Virus record (IMG/VR): IMGVR_UViG_3300026549_000056
Location: 1 to 64,000 of that record
Length of the DNA: 64,000 nt
DNA from: a virus
Lineage: Duplodnaviria > Caudoviricetes
Direction: 5' to 3' (one strand)
Part shown: positions 10,914-19,711 of the stretch, in pieces
Numbering within the stretch: the first letter of the stretch is position 1
Layout: each line of letters opens with the position of its first letter
Notes under the pieces: model-generated
Told to the model about the DNA's origin: nothing
The model's database searches: none
The model's input: only the letters and a program-made list of their open reading frames with translations
Made by a program: the position numbers and the translations under genes

Positions 10914-11365
10914 TTAGCTAGATGTAATATGAAATCAGGCGGGGTGAAAAGGCACCTCGTTAAACGTACTCGCATGGTGGCTGCTCCTGATGCTGAAGGC
11001 GCCCTTCTAGTACATAATTTGACATACTAAGGAAGTAGTCTACGGACTGGTGAAACGATATATCCCCTTAGACGTGCGGTATCGTAACCGATAGAATTAT
11101 GCGTAGTTTTAGTATTTTGAGTGTATACGATAAGTACACTACATCTTCTATTGAATAAAGAAATATTAATTGGAAATCCTAAAAAAATGGATATTCTGGT
11201 CATGTACTCATTTATGATAGAAGTATAGATGCCAAAGGAGACGCTGGAATATACCTGAGCGTATTTTGAAGCAAAGTAGGCAAGGAGTAGGATGAGGTGG
11301 GCAACGCAGTACCCATAAACGAATGTCTCGGCGTTGAGTAGCCCAAACGTGGATAAATACAATCT

Positions 11366-11440
11366 GCTTAACTATCCCAATTGGTAGAGGAGATAAGCTC
11401 AAACCTTATTTATGTCTCAGTTCGAATCTGAGGTTAAGCA
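11366..11440 (+). tRNA. tRNA-Leu(CAA), short variable arm
   Basis: ATAAG-CTCAAAC-CTTAT. Confidence 0.85.
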
Positions 11441-11498
11441 TTGCATTTTCAATAAATTTATTATATAATATATACATAAAGAGTTGAGAAAGAAATAT

Positions 11499-11535
11499 GG
11501 GTCGTTGGTGTAATGGTAACATATGCGCCTCCAAA
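11499..11535 (+). pseudogene. 5' half of a tRNA (Trp/Gly-like), 3' half missing
   Basis: GGGTCGT-TG-GTGT-AATGGTA-ACAT-A-TGCGC-CTCCAAA, then AT-rich sequence with no T arm. Confidence 0.55.
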
Positions 11536-11559
11536 TTTTGTAAAATAATTTTTATATAT

Positions 11560-11633
11560 AGCGGGATGGAGCAGTTTGGTAGCTCGCGTGGCTCATAACC
11601 ACGAGGTCGGTAGTTCAAATCTACCTCCCGCAA
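11560..11633 (+). tRNA. initiator-type tRNA-Met(CAT)
   Basis: 1:72 mismatch; GCGGGATGGAGCAGTTTGGTAGCTCG; CTCATAA loop. Confidence 0.9.
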
Positions 11634-11976
11634 CTTCTAGCGCAGTAATACCTGAATTGACAGGTTATATCCGAGCAGCATTGACATGCAAAATTCATGA
11701 CAATGCTAGCGATTGACTCCGGGAGAGCGGTAGCGCTGAGGATGACTTACTCCGACAGGACTAATAAAGTAAGTAGAACAACCTGCTGCTGTAGATAGCT
11801 CGAAGGCTATGAAAAGACAATATTTGACTTAAGCATTAGGGACAGATGAATACTTCTATGCAACCCTATTAAGTCAGCCGTTAAACTCGGCAGGCAGCAC
11901 TTTCAGAGTGGTCGTGTTGGGTTGTAGATGCCATTTATGAGAATAATATGCAAGCGCAACTAGACCACTCTGATAT

Positions 11977-12051
11977 GCCCTTGTAGCCCAATTGGTAGGA
12001 GGCAACTGACTTAGGATCAGTACAGTGCAAGTTCGAATCTTGTCAAGGGTA
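11977..12051 (+). tRNA. tRNA-Leu(TAG), short variable arm
   Basis: ACTGA-CTTAGGA-TCAGT. Confidence 0.85.
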
Positions 12052-12195
12052 TGAACCGTCTAGAGAAAACTTCAGTCACTCTCTAGAAAAAACTTAGCCA
12101 AGGTCAATAGTAAGTCTGAAGTGCTATTGAATATTGTGGTGTGTAAAGGTTAGGCTAAATTGGTTAGACTCCGCCACATATTTCTTAATTAAATG

Positions 12196-12333
12196 CACGT
12201 CTTAGGCAAGCGGTCTAAGCCGACGGTCTCCAGTCCTTAGTTTACAGGAAACTAGCTTTTAGCTAATTCGAGGGCAGCACTCGAAGGATTGTTAAAACCG
12301 TAGACACCAGTTCAAATCTGGTAGACGTGACCA
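12196..12333 (+). tRNA. Glu-type tRNA body with a 62-nt insert in the anticodon loop; candidate amber suppressor after splicing
   Basis: CACGTCT/AGACGTG-A-CCA; D arm almost identical to tRNA-Glu(TTC); ACGGT/ACCGT stem enclosing CTC[insert]TAAA. Confidence 0.7.
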
Positions 12334-12384
12334 CCTCCTTTCTTACTAGTGTTCTAGGAGGCTAAATTAGAAACACTAGATAAT

Positions 12385-12470
12385 GGAGTCGATCCGGCTA
12401 GATGAGGAAGCTGTCCTGAAAACAGTTGGGCGCGATGAGCGCCTTGTGGGTGCAAGTCCTACCGGCTCCG
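12385..12470 (+). tRNA. tRNA-Ser(TGA), C33
   Basis: GCTGT-CCTGAAA-ACAGT, long variable arm, G73. Confidence 0.85.
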
Positions 12471-12670
12471 CTTGGTGGAACTACCCGCCAACTGTAAATA
12501 AGGGATTGCAACCCAGTAGAAAAATATCTGACTCTAGGCTTAAAGAGGGTAAACATACAGCAGGTCGGGGATGCGATCGGTTACATGGCTGTTGCAAGTA
12601 AAGAAGAGAAGCAGATACTCGCAAGGGTGTCGCGGGGCAGCTCTACAGCTACATTCCACAAGCCCCATTA

Positions 12671-12761
12671 GCGTCAATACTCAAGTCTGGTGAAGAGGGG
12701 GCACTGCTAACGCCCTAGGCCGAGGAAACTCGACGCGGAGGTTCGAATCCTTCTTGGCGCG
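12671..12761 (+). tRNA. tRNA-Ser(GCT)
   Basis: CTGCTAA loop, long variable arm. Confidence 0.85.
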
Positions 12762-12763
12762 CT

Positions 12764-12882
12764 GCGACAAGTAGCTCAATAGGTAGAGCACAGTATATAG
12801 GTTGTCTAGACCTAGACACGAACAGCTACTTTTTTCTGGCATATGGGGCCTGGTGTTGTAGGTTCGAATCCTACCTTGTCGC
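12764..12882 (+). ncRNA. tRNA-mimic RNA (YrlA-like) with extended arm replacing the anticodon arm
   Basis: canonical D arm (GCTCAATAGGTAGAGC), T arm (GTAGGTTCGAATCCTAC) and acceptor, but a roughly 60-nt arm carrying CTAGACACGAACAGCTA. Confidence 0.6.
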
Positions 12883-12909
12883 CTGTCTAAAAAATAGGAG
12901 GGTTATGAT

Positions 12910-13266
12910 ATGAGTGGAACTTTACCTCGTTATAGACGTAAGAGCGTAATGACTGATGATTATTCTGGCGATTAGGTCTTAGGATTAAATGACCAGATTA
13001 CCATAGTTGATGACATTGTTTATATCGGTGGTGTATCAACTGGAATAAATGTCCGTGGTAGTGAAGGAAAATCCGCTTACCAAATAGCAGTAGAACATGG
13101 CTTTACTGGAACTGAAGAACAATGGCTAGCTTCTCTACAGGCAAAAGATGGTCAGACTTGCTGGGAAAGAGCGCAACAGGTTGTACCTAATATTCTTTCT
13201 GAAGCAGGTATTACTACAGAAGAAGAATTTTATAAACAGATACTACAGAATATTGATACATTTTAA
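12910..13266 (+). CDS. virion-protein-like ORF (GKSAYxIA...GFTGTEEQWLASL motif), one in-frame TAG
   Basis: AGGAGG RBS; motif typical of phage fibre/collagen-like proteins; missed by the track because of the TAG. Confidence 0.6.
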
Positions 13267-13484
13267 TTTTCTTTACTTTATTCAAAAATTAATATATAAT
13301 ATATACATAAAGAATTGAGAAAGAAACAATCATTACCGAGGATCCTACCAAGTGGCAACAGGCTTGAGTGCGCGCTATATAGCCTGAGATTCCTGTAAAT
13401 AGGGAGTAGAAGAGTGCATTAACCTCCCCGTGTTCTTAATTTGGCCGATTGAGATAGACCGAATGGATGAAGGTAGGTATATAT

Positions 13485-13556
13485 CGAGATCGTAGTGTAA
13501 TGGTTAGCACCCCTCGCTTGGGACGAGGTAGAGGCGTTCGAATCGCACGATTTCGA
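13485..13556 (+). tRNA. tRNA-Pro(TGG)
   Basis: CCTCG-CTTGGGA-CGAGG; imperfect T stem. Confidence 0.75.
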
Positions 13557-13859
13557 TTTAAATTAAGTGGTCTTATTTGCTGTCGATGCTAGACTTTTAG
13601 CAGCAAGATAAGTGTAGGAAACATCATTCTAATATGATGAAAAAAGATGCCAACAAAAGTATCCAATACTACTCCGATCCCTAGAGCATCTTGGCGCGGG
13701 AGACGTCCCGATGACCTTCTTGGAGAAGCAGCAACTAGATACAAGCCTAGTATAAAAAGATGCCGCGCCGATAGACCGCAGGTTCGCAATAGTCTATCAA
13801 ATTTTAATTAAGAAGTGAGTCTACGAAGAATAGAGGTTAGGCTCCGAAGGAGAATTAAA

Positions 13860-14165
13860 ATGAGAACTATTTATGAAGCAGAAGATGGTAAGCAGTATGA
13901 GTCCGAGGACGAAGCAAGAGAAGCTGATAAGCAGTATCTTGCAACCCGAAAGAAGGAAGAACTCGAAAAGACTGAGCGGAAGGAAGCAGCGGCCAAGGTG
14001 ACTGATGCATTTAAGGCAGCTGCGAAGGCAAAGAGAGAGGCTAATGAAGAGATGCAGAAGTTTCTTGATAAGTACGGCAGCTTTCACGAGACATTCCGAG
14101 AGGATGAGGCGAAGGACTTCTTTGAAGATCCAATCGATGTGTTCTTCAATCACTTCTTCTTCTAA
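13860..14165 (+). CDS. coiled-coil hypothetical protein
   Basis: AAGGAG RBS before ATG 13860. Confidence 0.65.
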   Translation: MRTIYEAEDGKQYESEDEAREADKQYLATRKKEELEKTERKEAAAKVTDAFKAAAKAKREANEEMQKFLDKYGSFHETFREDEAKDFFEDPIDVFFNHFFF

Positions 14166-14474
14166 TGGCGCGGCGGCTGCTTGAAGGTACCTCAACCTTA
14201 TCGTGAAGAGACCTAAGGCATGGTCGCCGCCAGTCATTGTTCCTTTTGATGGTATGAGGAACTCAAAGATGCAAATCATATAGGATAGATCTGTAGTCCT
14301 CTTGTTATGAACAAGTTGGTTAAATGCAGCACACTCATTCAGCCGAAGAAGGAGTAATAAATAAACGGACGGGTTCCACTTGACCTCTAGGAAAGAGCCT
14401 AGTTGATAAAATAAGTGCGTAAACGATTTCCGCGTTTAGCCTAGCCGCGGTTTTATAAAATAGCTAGGCTGTAT

Positions 14475-14546
14475 AGCGGTATAGAATAGTGGTGAGTTCG
14501 CATGGCCTTGACCCATGAAGCCCCAGTCCGATTCTGGGTACCGCCG
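14475..14546 (+). tRNA. tRNA-Gln(TTG), C33
   Basis: CATGG-CCTTGAC-CCATG; weak 1:72 pair. Confidence 0.8.
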
Positions 14547-14552
14547 CTATTT

Positions 14553-14624
14553 TGGGGATTCGTACAACGGTCAATATGACTGGCTCTGAACCAGTAGATA
14601 GAAGTTCGACTCTTCTATCCCCAG
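14553..14624 (+). tRNA. tRNA-Gln(CTG)
   Basis: U1-A72; ACTGG-CTCTGAA-CCAGT. Confidence 0.9.
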
Positions 14625-14783
14625 TTATGTATATGATCGGAAACCATATACAGAATGTTTGCCTTGAAGGTTGCCCTAGTCGGGAATGTGTACACCCCTC
14701 TAAAGTAGTGAATCTAGATTCTTTGGGAATATATCCACACAAGGCCGGTTGTAAGAGGTAAACCGTATAAAACCTCTTATTTT

Positions 14784-14855
14784 GTTTCTATAGGCTAATA
14801 GATAGACCATAGCACTACAGATGCTAGAATGAGCGTGCAAATCGTTCTAGAGACA
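14784..14855 (+). tRNA. Arg(ACG)-like tRNA with ACA anticodon
   Basis: TAGCA-CTACAGA-TGCTA; Arg-like D loop (GATA). Confidence 0.6.
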
Positions 14856-14858
14856 TAT

Positions 14859-14932
14859 GGTGATCGTGTCCGAATTAGCTAAGAAACAGATCATGATTCT
14901 GTCATATGTGAATTCGAGTCTCACCGATCACC
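14859..14932 (+). tRNA. His-like tRNA with ATG anticodon (possibly degenerate)
   Basis: G-1:C73; ACAGA-TCATGAT-TCTGT. Confidence 0.6.
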
Positions 14933-14933
14933 C

Positions 14934-15004
14934 ACGGGTATGATGTAATAGTAGCATTTACCCCCTCCAAGAATAAGGTGTGGGCACACATCCCATTATC
15001 CGTT
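14934..15004 (+). pseudogene. degenerate tRNA-Gly(TCC)
   Basis: CCTCCAA loop, broken anticodon stem, aberrant T loop CACACAT. Confidence 0.55.
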
Positions 15005-15008
15005 TGAT

Positions 15009-15079
15009 GTTCTTGTCGTTTAATAGTAGGATGACTGGTCGCAACCCAGTAGATCTTGGTGCAATTCCATGCAAGAACT
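15009..15079 (+). tRNA. tRNA-Cys(GCA), C33
   Basis: ACTGG-TCGCAAC-CCAGT; U73. Confidence 0.75.
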
Positions 15080-15088
15080 TAAATAAAT

Positions 15089-15161
15089 GCTTCCGTAGCC
15101 CAATGGAAAAGGCAACGTTCTTCTAAAGCGTAGATTGGGCGTTCGAGCCGCCCCGGAAGCA
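15089..15161 (+). tRNA. tRNA-Arg(TCT)
   Basis: ACGTT-CTTCTAA-AGCGT. Confidence 0.85.
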
Positions 15162-16041
15162 CGCTTGATTTCCTTATAAATTTTAAGTATAATATATTTA
15201 CAAAGAAATGAATTATTAGCTGTCTATAAGGTCATAAATACCTTTTGGAAAGCATTTAAGGAAGATGCTTCCGGCATCAGGTCAGATGATGTTTGGGTTA
15301 TGGACATGCTGACGCGATATGACCGGATCTGCAACGAATACTCCGAGGGGCCGTTAAAAGAGTTCACATTGGATCTGAGCAAGACGTTTGTAAGAGAGCT
15401 GGAAAGACTGTTTAAAGAGAAAAACGGCTATTAAGGCATAAACTAACGCCGAAAACATAATAGTGCGGAAATGACGCAAAATTTTGCCATTTCTAGGCAC
15501 TACAAGAGAGGTGGATAACATGGACGAACACATAAGGGATTGCAAGAAAAAAGCCGCTATCAAGCTGAGAAGGAAAGCAATTGCACTAAACGGTTTGGCT
15601 GAAATATTAAAAAGCACGAATGATTATGATGACTGGGGATGTTTGCTGGGAGAAATCTATGATGGGATGCTGGATTTGATCGATGAACTCGAGGAGTGCG
15701 AAGGATGAGGATTGCATTAATCATTATTTTTGTGATCGCAGCAGGCGTGCTGATCACCGTCATAGCGGCATCGGAGGCAATCAGTGTCGCAGCGGCGTTT
15801 ATGGAAAACGATGTATGTTGCGGGAACTGTAAATATCACGTCCACGACGACAACGGCGACGGAATGTGCGTAAACGCAGACAGCGATGCGTGCGCAGATT
15901 GGACGGACGACAGCGATATTTGCGGAGAATGGTCAGATAGAGAGAATTAACGTGATAAATCTGAGCACATATCGGAAAGAATCCGAAGCTGTGATTACGC
16001 ATTGATGCAGGGGAAGTACCGAAGATTGAGAGGATAGATAA

Positions 16042-16302
16042 ATGAAAGAGACAACACTTTGGGTTTGCGAAATTTGCGGCACAAGGTACGACAGCATAAC
16101 AGAAGCTGAGAACTGCGAAGCGGCACACATCAAACCAAAGAGGCTGACGAAAACCATGAAATTCCACCCGTATAAGTGCGGGGGAGATCCGATCCTTACA
16201 GGATATAAAGTATCCCAGTACCCTGACTGGATAGACATCGAGATGCAGGATGGAAAAACGGTTAGATACAAGCTCGATGAAACACTGAAGAGGATAAAAT
16301 GA
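16042..16302 (+). CDS. small Zn-binding hypothetical protein (GC-rich block)
   Basis: CEICG...CEAAH; ATGA-type coupling with the next gene. Confidence 0.6.
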   Translation: MKETTLWVCEICGTRYDSITEAENCEAAHIKPKRLTKTMKFHPYKCGGDPILTGYKVSQYPDWIDIEMQDGKTVRYKLDETLKRIK

Positions 16303-16916
16303 AGATTGAAAGGATGACAGAAATTGAAACAACGGATATCCAGATCGGAGACAGAATCCATGTCGGTCACTACACGGCGACCTGTCAGGACATCACGCCG
16401 AAGGGCGCAATCTTCCTCTTGGATCAGTACCTCGACCGGCCCATGCCGATGAACAAAAAGAACACGAACCACGGCGGCTACGACAATAGCGATCTCAGGA
16501 AATATCTCCAGAGCGACACCGTCCTGAGCGATTTCGAGGAGATCCGCCCCTACATGAAACCGTGGAACAACGGCGATCTGCTCCGGATCCCATACTACGG
16601 CGAAATGTTCGACAACAACGATCGCGACGATTTTGTCGAGCCTGACAGTAATGAACAGTGGCCGCTCATGAAAGACGCGCACAACCGCATGGCGTCAAGG
16701 TGCGGAGAACCCGAATGGGGATGGCTCGCGAATACGGCTCGCGACTCCTCGACATATTTCTGCAATGACAACAACGACGGCGGTGCGGGCATCTGGGACG
16801 CCTCGGACGTCCTCGGGGTCCGCCCGGCTTTCCTAATCGCGCGAGTCGATACTGGACTAGAAGGTCCACCTGATAAAGTCAACGGGCAATACGCTCTATG
16901 TGAGCCTGATGTGTAG
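16299..16916 (+). CDS. DUF6273/CLec-like protein, DGR-target-like C-terminus
   Basis: GGYDNSDLRKYL and WGWLAN...STYFCNDNNDGGAGIWDASDVLGVRPAF. Confidence 0.6.
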   Translation: MKIERMTEIETTDIQIGDRIHVGHYTATCQDITPKGAIFLLDQYLDRPMPMNKKNTNHGGYDNSDLRKYLQSDTVLSDFEEIRPYMKPWNNGDLLRIPYYGEMFDNNDRDDFVEPDSNEQWPLMKDAHNRMASRCGEPEWGWLANTARDSSTYFCNDNNDGGAGIWDASDVLGVRPAFLIARVDTGLEGPPDKVNGQYALCEPDV

Positions 16917-16919
16917 GGA

Positions 16920-17609
16920 ATGATGAATAACTTAATCAACAGAAAAGCATTGTGCGATTACGCACTGAATCAAAAGGACAAGAGCGTTACACCGAATGAT
17001 ATTATGCGGTTTCCTTCCGCACAGCCAGAACAGCGGTGGATACCGTGCAGTGAGAGGCTGCCGAAAGTAGGGCAAGACATACTGATGTCTGTCGGTGGGA
17101 TGTACACGGCAGAAGGATGCTTGAGAGAAGACGGCGATTGGGCACAGTTCCGATGGGACACAATCCAGAGAAAAGATATGGTTGGTGCATGGATGCCGTT
17201 ACCAAAGCCGTTCGAAGGGGGTGTTAAAATTGACGCACAGGAAGGCGCAACTTCCGACATGATTAGCAGGTAGGCGGCGATTGAGGCGCTATGGAAAGCA
17301 CTTTATGAATACGAGGACGAGACTGAGCAGAAATTTCAAGCATCTGACGAATTAAATACCGATGATTGGTTTATGCACAGAATTTTTGTCCAGAACATGA
17401 GTGACATAGACAGGCAGACGATTCTTAATTTGCCATCCGCTCAGCCAGAACCGTTATCCGATGCCTATACGAAAGCAGTATGGACAAAACCAAATATCAG
17501 TTATCAAACACAATGTTGCAGCAACTGTCATCGCACTTTCATTAGCAGACCTGATGAAACGATACAATTTTGCCCTCATTGCGGCGCAAAGATGGAGGTG
17601 ACAACATGA
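16920..17609 (+). CDS. DUF551-like mosaic protein (continuous if TAG 17271 is read through)
   Basis: WIPCSERLP...WMPLP; ISR*AAIEAL; track ORF 17373 is in the same frame. Confidence 0.5.
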
Positions 17610-18172
17610 CAGATGAAATGAGAGCGAGAGAAAAAGCAATTTGCGAGGTGGCAAAAGTCAAAGATATAGGCGAGGTGTCTGATGGATTCCACACATTTAA
17701 CGGACTGTATGAACAGAGAATGATCCTGTTTGCGGTTCTGGTAAAGGCATATAAAGACAAAGCATGGAAATCATACAGACATGAGGATGGTGAGTACTGC
17801 TTTGGCGGCGGTTGGTTTATCGTTGGAATTGATACGCCCGAAGGCAGTTATACATACCACTACGAAAATAAGTATTGGGATATGTTTGATTGCGTTGATT
17901 TGCCGAGAGCGAAGCACTGGGATGGACACACCGAGGCAGACGCAGAAACAAGGCTTATGTCGTTAAAGCCTGTGCGGAAGAAAGGATGGTGGCAAGAGAT
18001 AACAGCATCAGATTGCAGTGGGTATGACCCTACTCTTGCAGGATATGATGACCCTGTGGTTGGGTGTATCTGTTCTGTGTGTAGAGAAGGTTACGAAAAA
18101 GAATTGATGGGCGAAGTGTATTGGAACTACTGCCCTAACTGCGGAGCAGATATGAGAGGTGAACAGGAATGA
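17606..18172 (+). CDS. conserved phage protein (SDGFHTF...WDGH motifs) with C-terminal Zn ribbon
   Basis: GGAGGTG RBS; YCPNCGADMR C-terminus. Confidence 0.65.
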   Translation: MTDEMRAREKAICEVAKVKDIGEVSDGFHTFNGLYEQRMILFAVLVKAYKDKAWKSYRHEDGEYCFGGGWFIVGIDTPEGSYTYHYENKYWDMFDCVDLPRAKHWDGHTEADAETRLMSLKPVRKKGWWQEITASDCSGYDPTLAGYDDPVVGCICSVCREGYEKELMGEVYWNYCPNCGADMRGEQE

Positions 18173-18277
18173 TTGAGGCAATCAAAACAGCCCTAGCCAT
18201 CATCGGCGGGCTGACAGTCGCGTCCGCGGTGGCAATGGCGATTATTATTTTTAAACGATAAACGATAGAACAAGAAA

Positions 18278-19414
18278 ATGAAAGTTATTAAAAGTGGTAC
18301 TGAACTCCGTTTATATTCAGACAATCTTGAGACATTTGATAAGATTCCTGCGGGATTCTATTCTATTTCTTTTGGAACCATGACTGGATGGTCACTAGAG
18401 GTCGCGCCAGCACTTGAAGTTAAGGAAAAGGTATATGGAGTCAATAGCGACAAAGTAAGTAAGGTGCTTAAAGCTTTCAAAAGAAGCAATAAGAACCTCG
18501 GAGTTATTTTGTCTGGCGACAAGGGCATCGGCAAATCCCTCACAGCACGGATGATTTCTATTAAGGCGGCCGCCCTTGGATATCCTGTAATTATTGTATC
18601 GACTTATATTCCAGGTATTGCAAGTTTTCTCAATTCTATTGAACAGGAATGTGTTGTCCTTATGGACGAATTTGATAAGACCTTCGGCAGTAGAGATGAG
18701 GATTCTAATACTATAAGTGATCCTCAGACAGAGATGCTGAGTCTTTTTGACGGGATATCTTCTGGTAAGAAGCTTTTCATTGTAACTTGCAATGACCTCT
18801 ATGGTGTATCTTCTTTCCTTGTAAATCGTCCTGGTAGATTTCATTATCATTTCAGATTTGATTATCCTACCGCAGATGGCATTTATGAGTATCTGCATGA
18901 TAAAGGGATTACAGATAAAAAAATCCGCAAAGTAATTGAGTTTTCCCATAAGGTTCAGCTTAATTACGATTGTCTTCATGCTATTGCTTTTGAGCTTGAA
19001 GATGGTGGTGAGTTCGAGGACGCTATTAATGATTTAAATATTATTAACATGAATGCGCAGATATATAATATCACTGTATACTTTACTGACGGTGCAATGC
19101 TTAGAGCAAAGGAAAAACTTAATCTATTTTCAAGTGAGGAAACTTCGACCTACTTTTTTGATAAGGAGCATCGTGCTATTGGACGAATTACTTATGTTCC
19201 TTCTGATGTAAGTGATTTTAATGGGAAAGAAGTTCTTACTCCTAGCCATTGTACGTGGGATATTGATGATGATTTAAAATCTGCTTTGAATACTAAAAAT
19301 AATGACTTCTTGACTCCAGCAGCACGTGAGAGCGCTGAGTTCTGGAGTAAGCAAAAACTTGATCACGTTGAGTTTATGTTTTCCGAATCTAGAAATTATA
19401 AATACACCGTTTGA
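18278..19414 (+). CDS. AAA+ ATPase
   Basis: Walker A GDKGIGKS, Walker B VLMDEFDK, RPGRF arginine finger. Confidence 0.9.
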   Translation: MKVIKSGTELRLYSDNLETFDKIPAGFYSISFGTMTGWSLEVAPALEVKEKVYGVNSDKVSKVLKAFKRSNKNLGVILSGDKGIGKSLTARMISIKAAALGYPVIIVSTYIPGIASFLNSIEQECVVLMDEFDKTFGSRDEDSNTISDPQTEMLSLFDGISSGKKLFIVTCNDLYGVSSFLVNRPGRFHYHFRFDYPTADGIYEYLHDKGITDKKIRKVIEFSHKVQLNYDCLHAIAFELEDGGEFEDAINDLNIINMNAQIYNITVYFTDGAMLRAKEKLNLFSSEETSTYFFDKEHRAIGRITYVPSDVSDFNGKEVLTPSHCTWDIDDDLKSALNTKNNDFLTPAARESAEFWSKQKLDHVEFMFSESRNYKYTV

Positions 19415-19471
19415 AAATAATCAAAAATTTTTATATAATATATGTATAAGAAATGAGGAAAGGATAAAAGA

Positions 19472-19711
19472 ATGGAAAAGAATAACAAGTGGAAGCATAC
19501 TAACAGTAAGAATAGACGAATTACCAAGTTCGAGATGAGCAATGGTATTATGTGGTTCCCACCCGAGCTTGAGCACGGAATGCCTGAGCAGAAGAGAGCG
19601 TATCGGGCGGCAATAGATAAGAGATGGCGGCGAGCTATGGCAAAGCTGTCTACCAATAGCAAGACAGAGAAGCGGGCGCCACTTCATAAGGACGAGAAGA
19701 AAGCTAAGTAA
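19472..19711 (+). CDS. basic hypothetical protein
   Basis: ORF after promoter at 19411. Confidence 0.5.
   Translation: MEKNNKWKHTNSKNRRITKFEMSNGIMWFPPELEHGMPEQKRAYRAAIDKRWRRAMAKLSTNSKTEKRAPLHKDEKKAK

Noticed and set aside
12231-12292. Self-splicing group I intron or archaeal bulge-helix-bulge intron
   Set aside because: 62 nt cannot hold a group I core, and the junction is a 3x5 internal loop rather than a bulge-helix-bulge
15089-15161. TTCTAAA in this tRNA read as a CTA suppressor anticodon
   Set aside because: The stem pairs as ACGTT/AGCGT around CTTCTAA, giving TCT (Arg); the shifted register does not pair
5341-15161. Theta (HDV-like) or hammerhead ribozymes at tRNA ends; CTGATGA at about 6786, 10086, 10126 and 23320
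   Set aside because: I could not build the HDV nested double pseudoknot or a hammerhead core with a matching GAAA by eye; a covariance-model search is still worthwhile
13821-17260. Long minus-strand ORFs 13821-14279, 15799-16332, 15933-16682 and 16595-16939
   Set aside because: Antisense shadows of RBS-supported, coupled plus-strand genes
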